DNA from: Magallana gigas
Taxonomy: Eukaryota
Reading direction: 5' to 3'
Length of the DNA: 64,000 nucleotides
Assembly (NCBI RefSeq): GCF_963853765.1
Contig: NC_088855.1
Coordinates: 34,348,001-34,412,000 of the forward strand
Part shown: in pieces, positions 32,661 through 46,626 of the stretch
Layout of the letters: each line of letters begins with the position of its first letter
How positions within the stretch are numbered: position 1 is the stretch's first letter
Position numbers and translations under genes: made by a program
Notes under the pieces: generated by a model
The model's database searches: none
The model's input: the letters and a program-made list of their open reading frames with translations, nothing else
Told to the model about the DNA's origin: nothing

Positions 32661-33251
32661 CATATTTACATGTATCTTGAGGCAGAACACTTTTAAGTGG
32701 AAAATAGTTACTAGATGCTGGATAAAATGGTAAAAGAATGTTATGCAAAAATTGTTACTTGCAGTTTCTGAGGTATTTATAAAGAAAACTTAATTATTAA
32801 TTTAAAGGAATGTTAGCTTATCTTTTCATTGCCTTGGTGATTAGTTTTAGTACGTTTAGTCTATATCTTCTGGGGTTTTTTAAATCGTAATACTTTCTCC
32901 TGAAAACCCTGTCCAATGAATCAGTTTACCTTTTTGATTGGGTCGTGTTAATTTTTTTAATAGATAATTTAATCCACTTACGTATCTAATTAAGAACCAT
33001 CATTTGATAGAAATTACTAAAACGTACACGTCACAATCATACATGTATGGAAGCATACTAGTGTTACATATGCACTTCACATTTTTTTATTTTCTACACT
33101 TTAATCTGCAAAATGTGCACTTTAAAGTGTAAAATCTGCACTTTATTCTGTAAAATTCACATTTTTAAGTGTAAACTTTCCGCGTTAATCTGTAAAATTC
33201 ACCCTTGAATCTGTAAAATTTACACTATTAAGTGTAAAATTTACATTTTAA

Positions 33252-33676
33252 GGTCAAGATCTGGTAAATGATTCCAGGCTGTCTTTTTGGTTTAAAGGAA
33301 ATATGCAGAAAATAAAACGATATTTTGACATTCTATATTTAATCACGGGAAAAGTAATCCCGGTACCTATATTCTACTTGACATCATTTTAAAGAGGAGG
33401 TCAAGAGCTTGTTTAATGCCGTTTTTGGAGAGACTGTAGGCATTCTAGATATATTTCATTACTCAAAAATGGACAAAACTCTGATATTAGTTACTTTTAT
33501 CCTTCATATTTCATTTAAAATGATTGTTTAAATCATGATTTTTTTTTGTGTTTACCAAATAATTTAGCCCCGGTTCACCCTATGAAACAAAGATATTGTT
33601 ATGAAGCATCATTAAAAGACTTTATATGTTGAATTTCATAAACCTGTAGGCACCTTTCATTTACTAGATCTTGACC
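33252..33676. mobile_element. TTAA-flanked (Kolobok-like) element nested in the left tandem array of the composite element
   Basis: TTAA|GGTCAAGATCTGGTAAATGA ... TCATTTACTAGATCTTGACC|TTAA. Confidence 0.88.
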
Positions 33677-34877
33677 TTAAAGTGTAAAGTTTACACTTTA
33701 ATCTTTGAGTTTCGCTCTTTAATCTAAAATCTTTAAACATAAATCTATAAATTTACACATTAATCTGTAAAATACTGTGTAAAACCTGCATGGCTGTACT
33801 AATTAAATGATAAACATTATATCTGGCGGCCGCATCTTATTTATCTGGCAGCCAACACATAATCATATGGCGGCCATCACATAAAATGTAGAATTATATG
33901 TATTCATTTTTGTTGGTTTTGAGTATTTGTTTACTAAAATTTAAGCAAATACACAGTCTTCAATCCTCCTAAATGTATATCAGACGTCAACTTTACTATA
34001 TCAAAGAATCGATTTTATTCATATGTATGCAGTACAATTTTGTTAAATTATGTATTACGTACAAAATCAAAGTACTCATACGGAATCGCGGTTTAGACAA
34101 AATGATACATAATGTTTATTCTTTGAATGAACAATAAATCAACATAGTTTGTTATTTTGATTGTGAAATCATCAAAGAACAGGGAGGGGGTGATAAGCTG
34201 AGACATAAAACCACTTAAGTCCATTTGAAAAACACACAATTTTTTTTCTAACAAATATCACTTTAATTCGTTTATTAATTAATTTATCATAGGTACTAGT
34301 ACACATTTTATATGTTTTGGTTTTATATATTTAAACCTGTAACCATTGGCTACTATTTATAGCATATAACCTGTAGAACAGGTATTCAAGTTAAGCACGA
34401 TTTTCACTCATTCGAAGGCTTTTCTTTGCCGCATTTGCACAATCACCACCCACCCACCCACTTATTTAGTGACATTTAAAAATCAAGGACTGTGCACTAT
34501 GTAAAATGTTTTATTTCAGAAAGAAGTTTGAAGAATCTTTATATGTATTTGTACGTGTAAATAAATGCAGCAAAATAAGCGCTTCCTTCACTAATCATGT
34601 GTTTTGTTATTATTGTAAATAATTTATGTTCGGTTGAGTGGAACGAATAAGAACATAAATGTCCCTGTATTTAAGAGGATTGAAATATTCACTAACTGAA
34701 TAATCTCGGTCTATAAAGCTTCAATAAAATTATCGCAAATGATTAAAACTCTTCTATGTATGTGATATAAGCCAATTCTACAAGAAAAAGTGTGATTTTT
34801 ACACTTTGAGTGTAAAATTTACTGGTTAAAGTGTATATTTTAAAAATTATGTGTAAATCTTACAGATTAATATGTAA

Positions 34878-35342
34878 AGGACTATATATGATTAGGGCCT
34901 AAAATGGCCCCCTAAAATGAACATCATCATTTTACTATCATTCTTTGTTTTCTTAATACAGCTATGTATGTGATATGTTTACATAATATTCATTTTGGTT
35001 CAAGTGCCCACAATTTAGAAATATGACATTGTAAAGACAACCTTTTCCCGCCATTTTTGCATTTTTAACGTAAAACAGCTTGTTTTCAAGCAGTTTTTCC
35101 TTCCGAAAACATAGAGCGCATTCTTGAACAAATAAAATATTTTAATCAGAGATGTATCTAGCCAAGACTAATAAGTGACAAAAAAAATTTTCTTGTTCAA
35201 GCAAGCGCTCTATATTTCCCATATGAAAAATATATTTTATATCAACTCTTCTAAAAATTTAGTTAACATTTTATTGTACCCGAAACGCTTAAAAAATGGC
35301 GAATTATGGGGGCCAAATTTAACTCTTATCGTATATAGTTCT
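34878..35342. mobile_element. Second nested non-autonomous TIR element (Kolobok-like, degenerate TSD)
   Basis: AGGACTATATATGATTAGGGCCTAAAATGGCCCC versus GGGGCCAAATTTAACTCTTATCGTATATAGTTCT (inverted). It interrupts the right-hand tandem array. Confidence 0.7.
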
Positions 35343-37284
35343 TTACAAATGAAAGTATGAACTTTACAGGTGAAAGTGTAAATTTTACAGATTAAAGTGT
35401 AAAGATTTAAGAGTGAATTTTACGGATTAAAGTGTAATTTTTACAGATTCAAGTCTAAATCTTACAGATTAAAGATTAAAGTGTAAATTTTGCAGGTTTA
35501 AATGAACAAAATAAGTAAATGTGAAGTGCAAATATGGCATTAATACGCTTCCATATTATATGAACCCAGTGGTCATGTATGTGGGTTTTTTTAAGCATGT
35601 ATACTTTCAGTTAGAGAAATGAAAAAAAATTAATGAGTAATTAATTACCTCTTCCTGACAAGCGACTGGTTTTTTTTTAAATCATGGACAAGTGAATTTT
35701 TATTGCGGAGATATGCAATGCGCATGTAATTTGATGTCTGCAGGTCTTTTCTTTCGTTTCTTGCTTTACTGTATACGTCTTAAACTAAATATCTGTGACA
35801 AATAACAATTAAATTTGAATGATTAATTACACGATTTGTCTTATTTATGGAAGCAACTCAATCTTTACTCAAGGTGTTTTATTAATCATGTAGTTAATTT
35901 TCGTCCAATCTCAGTATATACATTTCATAATGATATTTAAAATGTGTTTGATCATAGACGTTTAACTTTCATGGAGGTCCCTCTTTATAAAATAATTTTT
36001 TTTCTTTATTTATGGAGTTTTTTCTGCTTTGGGTTTTTTTTATTTTTTTTAAGAAATCTGCCTTCTTTGGTATACAAAATTAAGACTTATCGTATACTTT
36101 GACCAAATCAGAATTATTGAGTTTCTGCGATTGCTATGTGGACAAAGCCACATTTTATTAGATATAAAGCAGGCATATTTTCATATACACACGTACATAA
36201 GTAAAGAGATATATTAACAAATTGTCCTATTATATGAGTGTGATATTGTATTTGGTTGCATGTACATTTTTATGATATTTAATATGATTATGCTACCATA
36301 TCACACATTATTTGTTATTATGTATGATTTATTGAAAATTTAATAAAATCTACAACTCAAGGGCAAAAAAAAGAAGAAGAAACAAATCTTGTTGAACTGG
36401 AAGGAAATCCGGAAATGAAAATGTTGTCATATGTTAATTCATAACGAAGGGACTACCTTTCTTAAAGTATAAATAATATACAGATATAAAAAAAATCGTT
36501 ACATATTGTCCTAACTTTGGAAAATTCATATAATATTCGTATTTCAATTACGCTACTTTATTATAACAGTGATGGAATCTGCATGAACTTTTTTATTAAT
36601 CGTAAAACAGAATGTCCATATTACCACTCCTAGAGAGCAGAAGATACTTGTCTACCTTAAGACATAAAATATATTGCCATTTTTTTCACGCCCAGAGGTA
36701 AAAAAAAAAATACGGTTGTAAGCAAGGTAAATATAGTGGCCCACTAACATCTCGTACAATGCTATTTATTCTAATAATTTGTCGATAGTTTTATTCAAAG
36801 TTACACATTTATAAAAAGAAATTTTGCAAGCAGAGTTCCTTTATGAATAATTTGTTGTAATTTTCTTTAAATTTTAAAAGCTAGTGTAATAATAGATAAT
36901 TCTATGAAATAAAAAAATTTTTTTTAAAAAAATGTTTTTAGTATTGATTCACTACTTTGGCTATATTAATTAGCAAAAACAATAGAAAAAAGATAGAATG
37001 ACAGACTTCATAATTTTTATAACGTTAACAACAATTTTTATAATTAAAAAACTGATATTCGAGACCATAAATGAATTATTGCCCAATTCTAAATTCAATA
37101 TGTAGGATGCCTTATCTGTAGACAGAAAGCAATGTATATTTGTCAACATTCTACGTACATGTATTTACCAAAAAGTTTCTTTTTACTGTAGTTTTGACGT
37201 GTAACTACATGCATAAAACATGCAATTATGGACTTGACATATAGAGAGCATGAATGAATAGAAATGGTATCTTACAGTATTTGT

Positions 37285-37287
<3 letters not shown>

Positions 37288-37364
<77 letters not shown>
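37288..37364. repeat. (GA)n microsatellite
   Basis: Dinucleotide run. Confidence 0.97.
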
Positions 37365-37367
<3 letters not shown>

Positions 37368-38289
37368 TGATAGACACATAAAGTATGTTGTGTGAATATC
37401 ATTGATGTTAAAGTTGCTTGTAAAACAATCTTTCATTTGTAGAAGATCTTTCATTTTTGTAAGGTCGTGTATATCTTACAAAGTATATACATCTGTACAT
37501 TAATTGTTCATTTGGTAGTTTTGGTTTTTTCCCCTCAGAATAAACATGGTTAAGAATAAACTGCTACTAAATAACAAATTGTCCACACCGGATTGGATAC
37601 ACAAACGAAGTTAAAATATATAACTTGAAACGTTAAAAAGAGATAACAACCGCCACACAACCGGAACTATCAACTAACGGACTTCACCGTTTCAGTAATA
37701 AAGATACTGTCCTTTACAAAAATTTAGATTATTGATAATCAAAATTTGTACATGACAAAGTTGTCAAGGACAATGACAAAAAAGGACAATACCCTGAGAT
37801 TGAACAAATGCGCAACGCATAAAAACCTACGAAACACTAGTAATAATTTAGAATTTTAATTTAAATTTTTAATTTAAAATAGAAATAGTTATGGCTGAGT
37901 ACCAATCACGTGACCGACAAAACGAAGCAACGTTCAAAACAACCGAACTATGATTTCCGATGAAAGTGCGTTTGCATGCATTTTTATTGAAATGAAATCC
38001 ATGCAATTCTCTTCCTGTTCTAAACCAGTCAACTTCCGTTTGTGTATTTTGGATCATTGTTGCAACCGCGCAATCTCCGGTTGTTAAAAGGATAAATTAT
38101 ACTAGCTCTTTTCATATCCGGATTTCACCGGAACTCGTCGGCCACTGACCACGATTGTTGAAAAAAAGAGGGAAAAGATCTGAAGAATTTTTTTTATAAA
38201 ATTTTAATTTGTTAGACGTCCATAGCGTTACAATATCTAAATAACTGCTTGGTTATGTTTGTATTTTGGGCATTTCGAGATAAATATGA

Positions 38290-38400
38290 CATTGATAACC
38301 AACAAAGAGCAATTTTTCTTTCACATCCACCGAGGCAAAAGGCCATTGATAACCAACAAAGGGCAGTTTTTCTGTCACATTCACCGAGGCAAAAGGCCAT
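38290..38400. repeat. 54-bp tandem duplication
   Basis: CATTGATAACCAACAAAG.GCA.TTTTTCT.TCACAT.CACCGAGGCAAAAGGC occurs twice. Confidence 0.92.
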
Positions 38401-39049
38401 GTCACCATTAAGAGGGCTTGCTTTTAGGGCGGTTTTTAGACTGAATCGACCTCCTTTAAAAGAAGAACGCTTAAATATCAAAATACCCAAATTTAAGAGG
38501 TAAACTTGTTTTTACTATAATAATGTGTATCAATAAACAAATCATATCTTCAAATTTTATGTAGATCTAATGGTTGATTTCTTGACCATCCAGCATCCTT
38601 AAACGGCTCATGCCGACGGTTTGCACACAATGTACATTGTAACCCTTGTGTTTGGAACACATACTCATACCTAACGTTCATTCAAGTTATGTAAAACTTG
38701 TGATAGGCGTGTTGAAGTGCATTAAGCCATTCGGGCTTTTTTGGATTTAATCCCACCCGACTGAAATTATCACCTCATAATACTCAAAGAAGTATTTTTT
38801 ATTCCTTAAATAATAATGATCAGTTGTAATATATATGTAGCTAATTTGAATGGTCGACGTGTCCTCAAATCATCCTCCATCGTCCCGTCTGTAGCAAGTT
38901 GTATCGTGAGACAATAAAGCTGGCTGACACCCGACACGTAATTTAATTAAGCAGGTCCTTCGACAGGTGAAATACGTTAAATAACTTTCTTGGTCAAGAG
39001 CTACGTTGTTTACAATGAAGACTCACCCAAAGCTAATATCCAACATGTT

Positions 39050-39156
39050 TGTTGCAATTATACGTTGTAATACGTTGCAATTATACCTTGAAATACGTTG
39101 CAATTATACGTTGTAATACATTGCATTTATACGTTGTAATTATGCGTTGAAATACG
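39050..39156. repeat. Short degenerate tandem repeat (ATACGTTG[C/T]AATT-like units)
   Basis: Repeated ATACGTTGCAATT / ATACGTTGTA units. Confidence 0.85.
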
Positions 39157-40024
39157 CTTTTAAATCGAAAAAGTTATTTACTCCTTTGATACTGGTCTAT
39201 CAAAAGGCAAAATAGTACGATGGAAATTTTGGAGATTGCACCTTATACGAGAGTACAAATGCAGTATTGAAACTTGCATAATGTTTTGGCACAAATTTTA
39301 AGAGGCAACTTTTTTCCGTTGTTTTTTTTATGTTTTTTCTCTTTTTGGCTTCTAGAAAGGACAGAATACAATAGCAAGCGTCAGAGTAATAAATGCTTGT
39401 AGTACGTAAACAATAGTCAAAAATGCAAACGTCATTTGTTTTTTTTTTAAATGGAAAAATTTTAAAAGGTATTTCTTTGTTTACGTTTAGGAACTGGTAC
39501 AAATTTCAATACATGTTCTTATAATAATATTATTGCGCATCAGTATTGTCATCATGTCTTCATTTTGGAAATTGAAGGTGTTTTAGAACTGGACTGTCCA
39601 AGATACAAATATGAAAGACGCAAACGTAACATACTGACTCTTTTAAAATTCTGCCGATGTGCCTGTGGTTTATCAGACATTCCTCATTAAAATATTACCA
39701 TCATTAGGCCAACTATAAACATCATTGTCAATCAAATCAGATTTCATTTCATGATATTTTTTGGCGAACAAATGGTTTTTCACCTGTGGTTGATTATATG
39801 GCTTGCTTCAAACTAGTCTTATTTTAAGTACAATTGTGATTAATCGCTGACAACAGATCAAATTAGAAATTATTTGACCAAGGCCTTGAATTTATATTTT
39901 ACGTAATTATACATCCAGTAATTTAAGACACTCCATTTGTGTGTGCATGCCTTCTTTACACAGGGCATCTTAAATATATTTCCTTGTTAGCCTGCAAGAG
40001 TAATGGTGCAGATTCGTTAAAGTA

Positions 40025-40225
40025 TTTAACATAAATAAGTTGGATGCCAACATAAATCAGTTGCATGTCGACATAAATAAGTATAATGTGAACATATTCA
40101 TCTCACAGGTCAACACAAATAAGTAGCATGTAGCAAGTTTGGAGTCACACGTAGGGACGTAGTTACGTTGCAGGTTGGCATAATTATCATGCTTGTCGGC
40201 ATACTTATCTCGCATGTCGACATAT
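40025..40225. repeat. Degenerate ~21-bp tandem repeat (GTTGCATGTCGACATAAATAA-like)
   Basis: Recurrent CATGTCGACATA / CAACATAAAT motifs at roughly 21-bp spacing. Confidence 0.6.
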
Positions 40226-42350
40226 TCGATTGAAAAAACACTTGCACACAAGGGGCAAAACTATGCAACAAAAATATTATTAAACTTTTCATAGCTTTAG
40301 AATAAAGATATTAAAAAGCAATTTCTTTGTATATATCAAAATTCTGTGGCCGTGCATTGTCACTGATTTTCTTCATATTTCATATTTGATACCCTTTGGT
40401 AAATAAAGATGCAAGACAACATCAAATGGTTGCCATGGAGACTGGTTGCCATGGTAATAGAAGGAAAAGGTCGTAAAATGGCCATTTCAAGCTCTTTTGA
40501 ACACAAATTGTAAGAGATAGCAGTAGTTTCAGCTATACGGAAAGAAATAATTGCATACTTAATATTATGAATTTTCAAATTATATTTTTTATTTTTTTTC
40601 ATGGAAAAATGAATAGTTTAATAATGTTACCATGGAAACTAAACAGCACTTCAAAAATAACATTTTTTTTTAAATTTTATTCGAACATAAATAATATTTA
40701 ATAAGAAAAATAAAATATTGTTTTACTTTGGCAACAAAGATTATAAGCTGAAAATTGAAGTTCGTTGCTATGGATACAACAATTAAAAATAAAAAATCTG
40801 CAAATTTTGAGGTTCTGTTGAAGACTTTTTACTCATAATTGGTACTTTACAATAAATTGATCAAAATAACTGAACATATCCTCAGCTTTAATATCAGTTG
40901 AAATCGCATTTAAGCAAAAGGAATGGCCGTTGCAATGACGTTTTGAACAATTAGGAATTTCTGTATGATTTTCTTAAGTCCATATATTTCCTTTGCAACG
41001 GCAGTTTTAAGATGCTTGAATATATATTATTTAAAACTTTGGCATGTTTCTCACGAATAAAAACAAAATATAGTTCTAAACTGAGTTTAAAACAAGCATT
41101 TTTGCTTGACAGAATTATCATGTTTTTCTTCATTTTTTCAATATTTTTAACCTTCTTACATGTACCATAGAAACAAGTGTCAAATTTTTATATAGCGTGT
41201 AAATTTTAAATACAGCTGTAAATCTATGAGTTTGGTTCAATTATAACTTCTATGATATTATGAAAATATGAAAAAATTAGTTTTTCAAAATAACTATGGT
41301 TTCCATAGTAATATTCTTTAGATTAAAATTTGTCCACCAATGTATTTCTATAATTTAAAATTGGTCATATAGTCAATTAAATATTTTATATTTCATCACT
41401 TAGATAAGCTGCAATTAATTTTTATATTGCTTTGAATTTGCTTAGATTTGCCATTTTCCTATCTTTGGTCTCTGTTATCATGGCAACAGTAACCCTTAGC
41501 AATTTATTGCATCTCATTTCTATATATCAAATAAACAAAATTTAATGTTTACATAATTTTGTAAGGGTATTGATAATTAAAAAAACAAAGAAAATTAATC
41601 GGGGAAAAGTTTAATTTTTAGCTTGAAACACGTGAGTGAAAAGACAGCGTAAAAGGGTCCGAGAGGAGAACTTTTGATAAGCTTTTTATCCAAAAAAGAA
41701 AGGAAAATAAAATGTGATGTAACTGCAAAATTGGTATTTGACGAAAGTCATTCATATAATCTATGTTGAAAAGTGTCATACTTTAACAACATACATTGTA
41801 TTTGGTATGTGTTTATCCAGTTGAATTTTACAGTCATTCCAAACTCGATTTCAGATCAACTATCTGTATGAAAATCTATGTTAACTTTGAGAAAAACTCT
41901 TTGGTTCAGCACCTGAAATATTATATGTATTTCTCGATTGCATCACAGCAGTATATAACTTTTATATACAAAATTCAATAAACATTATACATGTACAAAG
42001 TTTAAATGATTAAGCAAGTTGGAAAAGCTGTGTTTTGACGTCATACTATCAAAATATGGCTATACACGTAACTTTTATAAACATTAGCATATGGGCTATA
42101 GATCCTAAACAGCGAACAGAATAGAAAAAATATCTATAAGTGTGAATTTATTACAATTTAGCGGGGTCAATAATCACTTCGGAACACTAAACAAACAAGC
42201 GTCCCTTCTTATTTCTACCATAACACGTACATTGATCGATTACTGCTATCACATTGTGATTATAAAATAATCATCTAAATTTTACAGACAATGACCTTCG
42301 TATATTTTTTTTTTATTAGGAAATCCCCCAAAAACATTTCCGAGACCAGG

Positions 42351-42414
42351 TATATATAAACGCCCGTGCATGGACTTCATTAGCCAATTAGGACATCTGA
42401 AGATTCCAAATCAG
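42351..42414 (+). promoter_or_regulatory. TATA box, Inr-like TCATTAG and ~36-nt non-coding first exon of paralog 3
   Basis: TATATATAAA at 42351-42360, TCATTAG at 42377, CAG|GTAGGC donor at 42415, and an acceptor ending at 42901, 4 nt before the ATG. Confidence 0.65.
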
Positions 42415-42905
42415 GTAGGCCATGAATACAAATTACTAGTTTCGCAGAATGTTGCTTTAATTCATGTTATTGCTATCATGTTCAATATGTTTAATAGTTT
42501 GGTGGTTTTTTTCATCACCATAAAAGATTCTTAATTGAAATAAAATTAGGAATATTGGTTGAATATGGGAAAACACTTTATTTATAAAAACCAGCACAAG
42601 TATACAAAATGTTACTGTATTTACATCTTATCCGAATTTTCAAATTTTTTATGGCATCAGCTTTAAAACATATAATAAATGAAATTTAATACCGAATAAC
42701 TAGTTTAGAACTTTTTTAAATATAATACCCGGTATTGCTTTTAATGTTACAATTTCAATCTTTCTAATTATCTGCTATTTAGAAAACGGAAAACCAGTTC
42801 TCATTTTTTAAAAACAATGATGGAACTTTTGTTAATACCTATTTATTCTAAATGTATATGTTTTCATAAACATCACAAAAATCCATTAATTTTGTCCAAA
42901 GAATA

Positions 42906-44655
42906 ATGGGTTTCTGGAGAGAAACCCTGGTTATTGCTTGCTTGATCTTCGGACTCTTGGAGTTGTCGTCTGCTCTGCTAGAGCCAGCGCCATTTCCAGA
43001 CGCTTTACGAGAATGTTACGAGTTCCGATCGTTCAACTTGACACCATCAGACCAGGTCGCCAGCCGTATACAGACTTCTTGTTACCGACACTACCAGTAT
43101 AAACAACTGGCCAAAGGAAATATATGGTCCGCTCCAAACATAACTCAGGAGGGAGTCAACTACATCAATGGGCTGTTCAGGCAAGTTTTCAATGAGGCTC
43201 GTCACATCGCTAATTACAACAAAAAGTCCAAGCGACATAAGCGACAGGCGATGTTTCCCGGAAGATACAGACAGGAAGTTAGGAGTCCGGGCGGGGCCTA
43301 TCAACGTTACGCTAACTGCATTCTTCGGCTACAGAGAGAGGTAATTTTTGCTCCGGATTTTGATTTTAAAAGAATATTGGTTTTATTAACCTCGATCTAT
43401 CTAAGGTCAGAAATATAATACCCATAAATCTTTTTTTATAACCCCTTACATAATAATCATTGTGTGAAAAAGATTTCACTGCCCTTATACAAGCAACGAT
43501 ATTTTGTTTCGGAGGGGTTTTTTCTTCAATTTTATTTATTTATTTATTCTTTCCAAAAAAGCATGACCATACATCAATTTTTTTTTTTACGATTAAGGAG
43601 CCGATTTTAATAAGTTCTTATTTTTAAATGATTTTATGACTGATAATAAGCTGAAATCATCCCAAATTCTACATGCACAAATCTAGAGAAGGGAGGGGGT
43701 CAGGGGGTTCGGAACCCTGCCCCCCCCCCCCCCTGCAAAATTCAATTTATTTAAAAAATACTAAATATATGACTCGGATCACCCCCCCCCCCCCACCCAC
43801 CCCCGGGCAAACTCAAATAACCTTTGACACCCCCGCCCTGTAAAAATTTTCTGGATCCGCGCATGTTCTACTTAGGTTAAATTCTAAGTGAACTTAAAAG
43901 TGCAATAAATCTAACGATAAAAGATATGATTTTATAAACAACTTTCCCATGTAAAAGACCTTCGTTTTTTATCTTGCTATTTAAAATGTTATTGGCCCTT
44001 GAAATAAATTACATCTGTTAAAATAAAGCGATCTCATTAATCTTTACTTGCTTTTTACAAAGAACAGTTATTAGCAGTATAGCTTTGATTGATAATTATG
44101 CTGTTTACACGTGGGCTAGATGTCGTTTGGACCATGTCGGGCCTAAAATGATAATTAATTTGTCCAAATGACAATTCGCATGTAAATTATCATTCCCGCC
44201 TTAATAACTTGACATAACGGTAATTTATTACAATTATTGATGAAATTGTGTTTTATATGTGTCTGCGCGAATAGAAAGAAAACAAACGTTTGTTGGTACA
44301 AGGTTTTACAAGTTGTTTCCCCGTTGTCACTGACCGAAGTATGCTATTCAGAGAACCGTTTCTGTGTCACGTTGCGGGGCTTTTTTTCTTTGTGTAACCC
44401 CAACTAGTAAATGTGCTCTATACCTGCCCGACACATTTGGAAGAATTCCACCATACAATATTTCAAATACATGTACAGTAATTGACAAACTGAATAAAAG
44501 ATATTTGTTATAGTCTGTGGAGCCACCCCAAGTGGGTCGTAACACCTACCAGACCTTGGCCGTCCTACACTCGGGGGAGGTATTAGCATACGCCCACGGA
44601 GGACCAGCGTTTATCCCTTGGCACAGAATTTATCTCATCCTGTACGTTCATTTAA

Positions 44656-44710
<55 letters not shown>

Positions 44711-46626
44711 ATTTATTAAATTAGTATTTTCAAAGATTATTTGAAACCAAATTTTCAAAAGAAGTTATAGGAGGCAATGTAAACGTTTCATCTCTGATTG
44801 TTATGTGCGTGTTAGTAAAACTGAATGCGACCTGGTATTTTACAATTTCTAAAAGTTTCGACATGATTCAAATTCATCTTAGCTATGCAATAATGTCAGG
44901 TTGGAGACTGCATGTGGGTCGCCTATACCTTACTGGGACTCCACGGTTGATCACGATATGATGGACCCCACCATGTCTATTCTGTGGAGCGAACAGTTCT
45001 TCGGAAATGGCGATGGTGACGTCATGACTGGGCCATACCAGAGCATCAGAACGATACTCGGGGAACCTCTCGTGCGAAATATTGGAACAGGTCAGGTTCA
45101 TTTTAATAAATACATTTTTTATCGATACAAAATCCCGTCCATGAATGTCTATCAACCAACATGAAAAAAACATTAACGTAAATATCTGATTTTTCTGAGT
45201 AAACTGTAATATTTCCTTTTTAGGTCAGAGTCCCCTATTCACTAAAGAGGGACTCCAAGCTGTACTGAGTCGCCGAAGATATTCAGAAATAGTTGAGCCT
45301 AAACAGGGCGCAGAATACATCTTCAGTCTGGAGGGCCATCACAATGGTCCGCACACGTGGGTAGGGGGGCATTTGGCACTCACCAATACGGCCGCTTACG
45401 ATCCCATATTCTTTAACCACCACGCCTTTATTGATCACGTTTATGAACTATTCAGACAACAACAAATTCGTTTTCAAATCAATCCAGAGGTGGACTATCC
45501 GTTACAAACTCCACCAGGGCACGCTGCCAATGATTTTATAGATTTCAGACCATACACCAACCCTCTGCGAAATATTGAGGGTCTGTCCAATCTTATTGCA
45601 GGCATGGTAATGTATGAACCTCTTCCAAACTGTATGAATAGATGCAATGGCAGTCCGTTCCTATTTTGTGACCAAAGAAGATTTGTCTGTGTATCTCGTC
45701 CCCGTATGACAGCAATGGCGCCTGGAGGTGCACAGGGCTTCGGACTCAGCAGTCAGCCAGGCCAAGCTCCCGCCAGTCAGAATGTTCCGTCTATGTCACG
45801 TGCTAGTGCACAGGCACGTGGTCCCATCCAAGGAGGTCCAAGTTTCCGACCAGCTCCATTAACTGATAGCCGAAATCGTCCGGATACTATTGGCAGTGCT
45901 CCTGCTGCACCTCAGGTATTAATGGCCGGAATGCAAGCCAGAGCTGGCGGACAAGGACGAAAACGTAGAGCAGTAACCGACTTCCCGCAAAACAAGACGT
46001 CTGTACATCAAGATGGCAGCGCGCAACAGGTCTCCTCACTTCAGCGATCCCTGACCAACACGTTTATCATTGACGGAGTGGCCGATCCTAAACGATGGGT
46101 GTATGTTTCAGTTCGTGTATTCTACAACAGATCAAGCATTGTAGACGGCAAAGACCCTACTATCCATGCAAACAGTCCGAGAGAAATCTCCAAAGAATCC
46201 TGTCATGGCCCAAATTCTGGAGCATCTAAGGTATTTATCTCTTCAAATGGATTGGACTACGTAGGAGTCTACAATGAGTTTGCAATTGTTGACGAGAGAC
46301 AACCTATTTCAATTACAACAACAGCCATTGGAGTGAAGAATCCGGATTACGGCGAGGCAGAGACTTTATTTACTGCCTACGACTCCTGCGGGCGTCCATG
46401 TCGACCCCTTTGCTTGGCATCGAGCCAAGGCAAGCAAACTTATAAGCCATGTTCTGCAGTTTTTAAGGTGTCATCTGCTTTACCAAAAATGTTCCATCTT
46501 TCTTACCGAGACGCAATTTTTGGTGGTGTCCAAGCTGATAATTTGATTGAATCTTTTGGCAGGGACACTACGCCTCCTATCACATTTGTTTGTGACAATT
46601 CAAAATTCTGGCCATGGGAATACTAG
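42906..46626 (+). CDS. Secreted tyrosinase-like protein, paralog 3, ~718 aa, 4 coding exons
   Basis: Exons 42906-43340, 44514-44641, 44900-45090, 45224-46626; GT-AG, phases 0/2/1, 2157 nt. CuA HSGEVLAYAHGGPAFIPWHR; CuB EGHHNGPHTWVGGH...YDPIFFNHH. Confidence 0.95.
43672..43865. mobile_element. MITE with CATGCGCGGATCCAG-type termini in an intron of paralog 3
   Basis: CATGCACAAATCTAG ... CTGGATCCGCGCATG with internal poly-C/poly-G tracts; related copies at ~24439 and ~32499. Confidence 0.75.
44658..44707. repeat. (CT)n microsatellite in an intron of paralog 3
   Basis: Dinucleotide run 17 nt after the splice donor. Confidence 0.97.

Larger units (their letters stand above)
33046..35555. mobile_element. 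~2.5-kb composite foldback element with subterminal ~21-bp tandem arrays and nested insertions
   Basis: Ends TATGGAAGCATACTAGTG...TGCACTTCACATTT and AAATGTGAAGTGCA...TAATACGCTTCCATA are inverted. AATCTGTAAAATTTACACTTT-type arrays lie on the left and their reverse complements on the right. Confidence 0.75.

Noticed and set aside
40300-41650. Long repeat-like segment rich in TTGCCATGG/CCATGGAAAC motifs
   Set aside because: It is probably a non-autonomous element, but I could not identify termini, a TSD or coding remnants, so it is not called.
42160-42300. Nuclear-receptor-like half sites (GGGTCA, TGACCT) upstream of paralog 3
   Set aside because: Hexamers of this kind are expected by chance, and I saw no equivalent arrangement upstream of the other paralogs.
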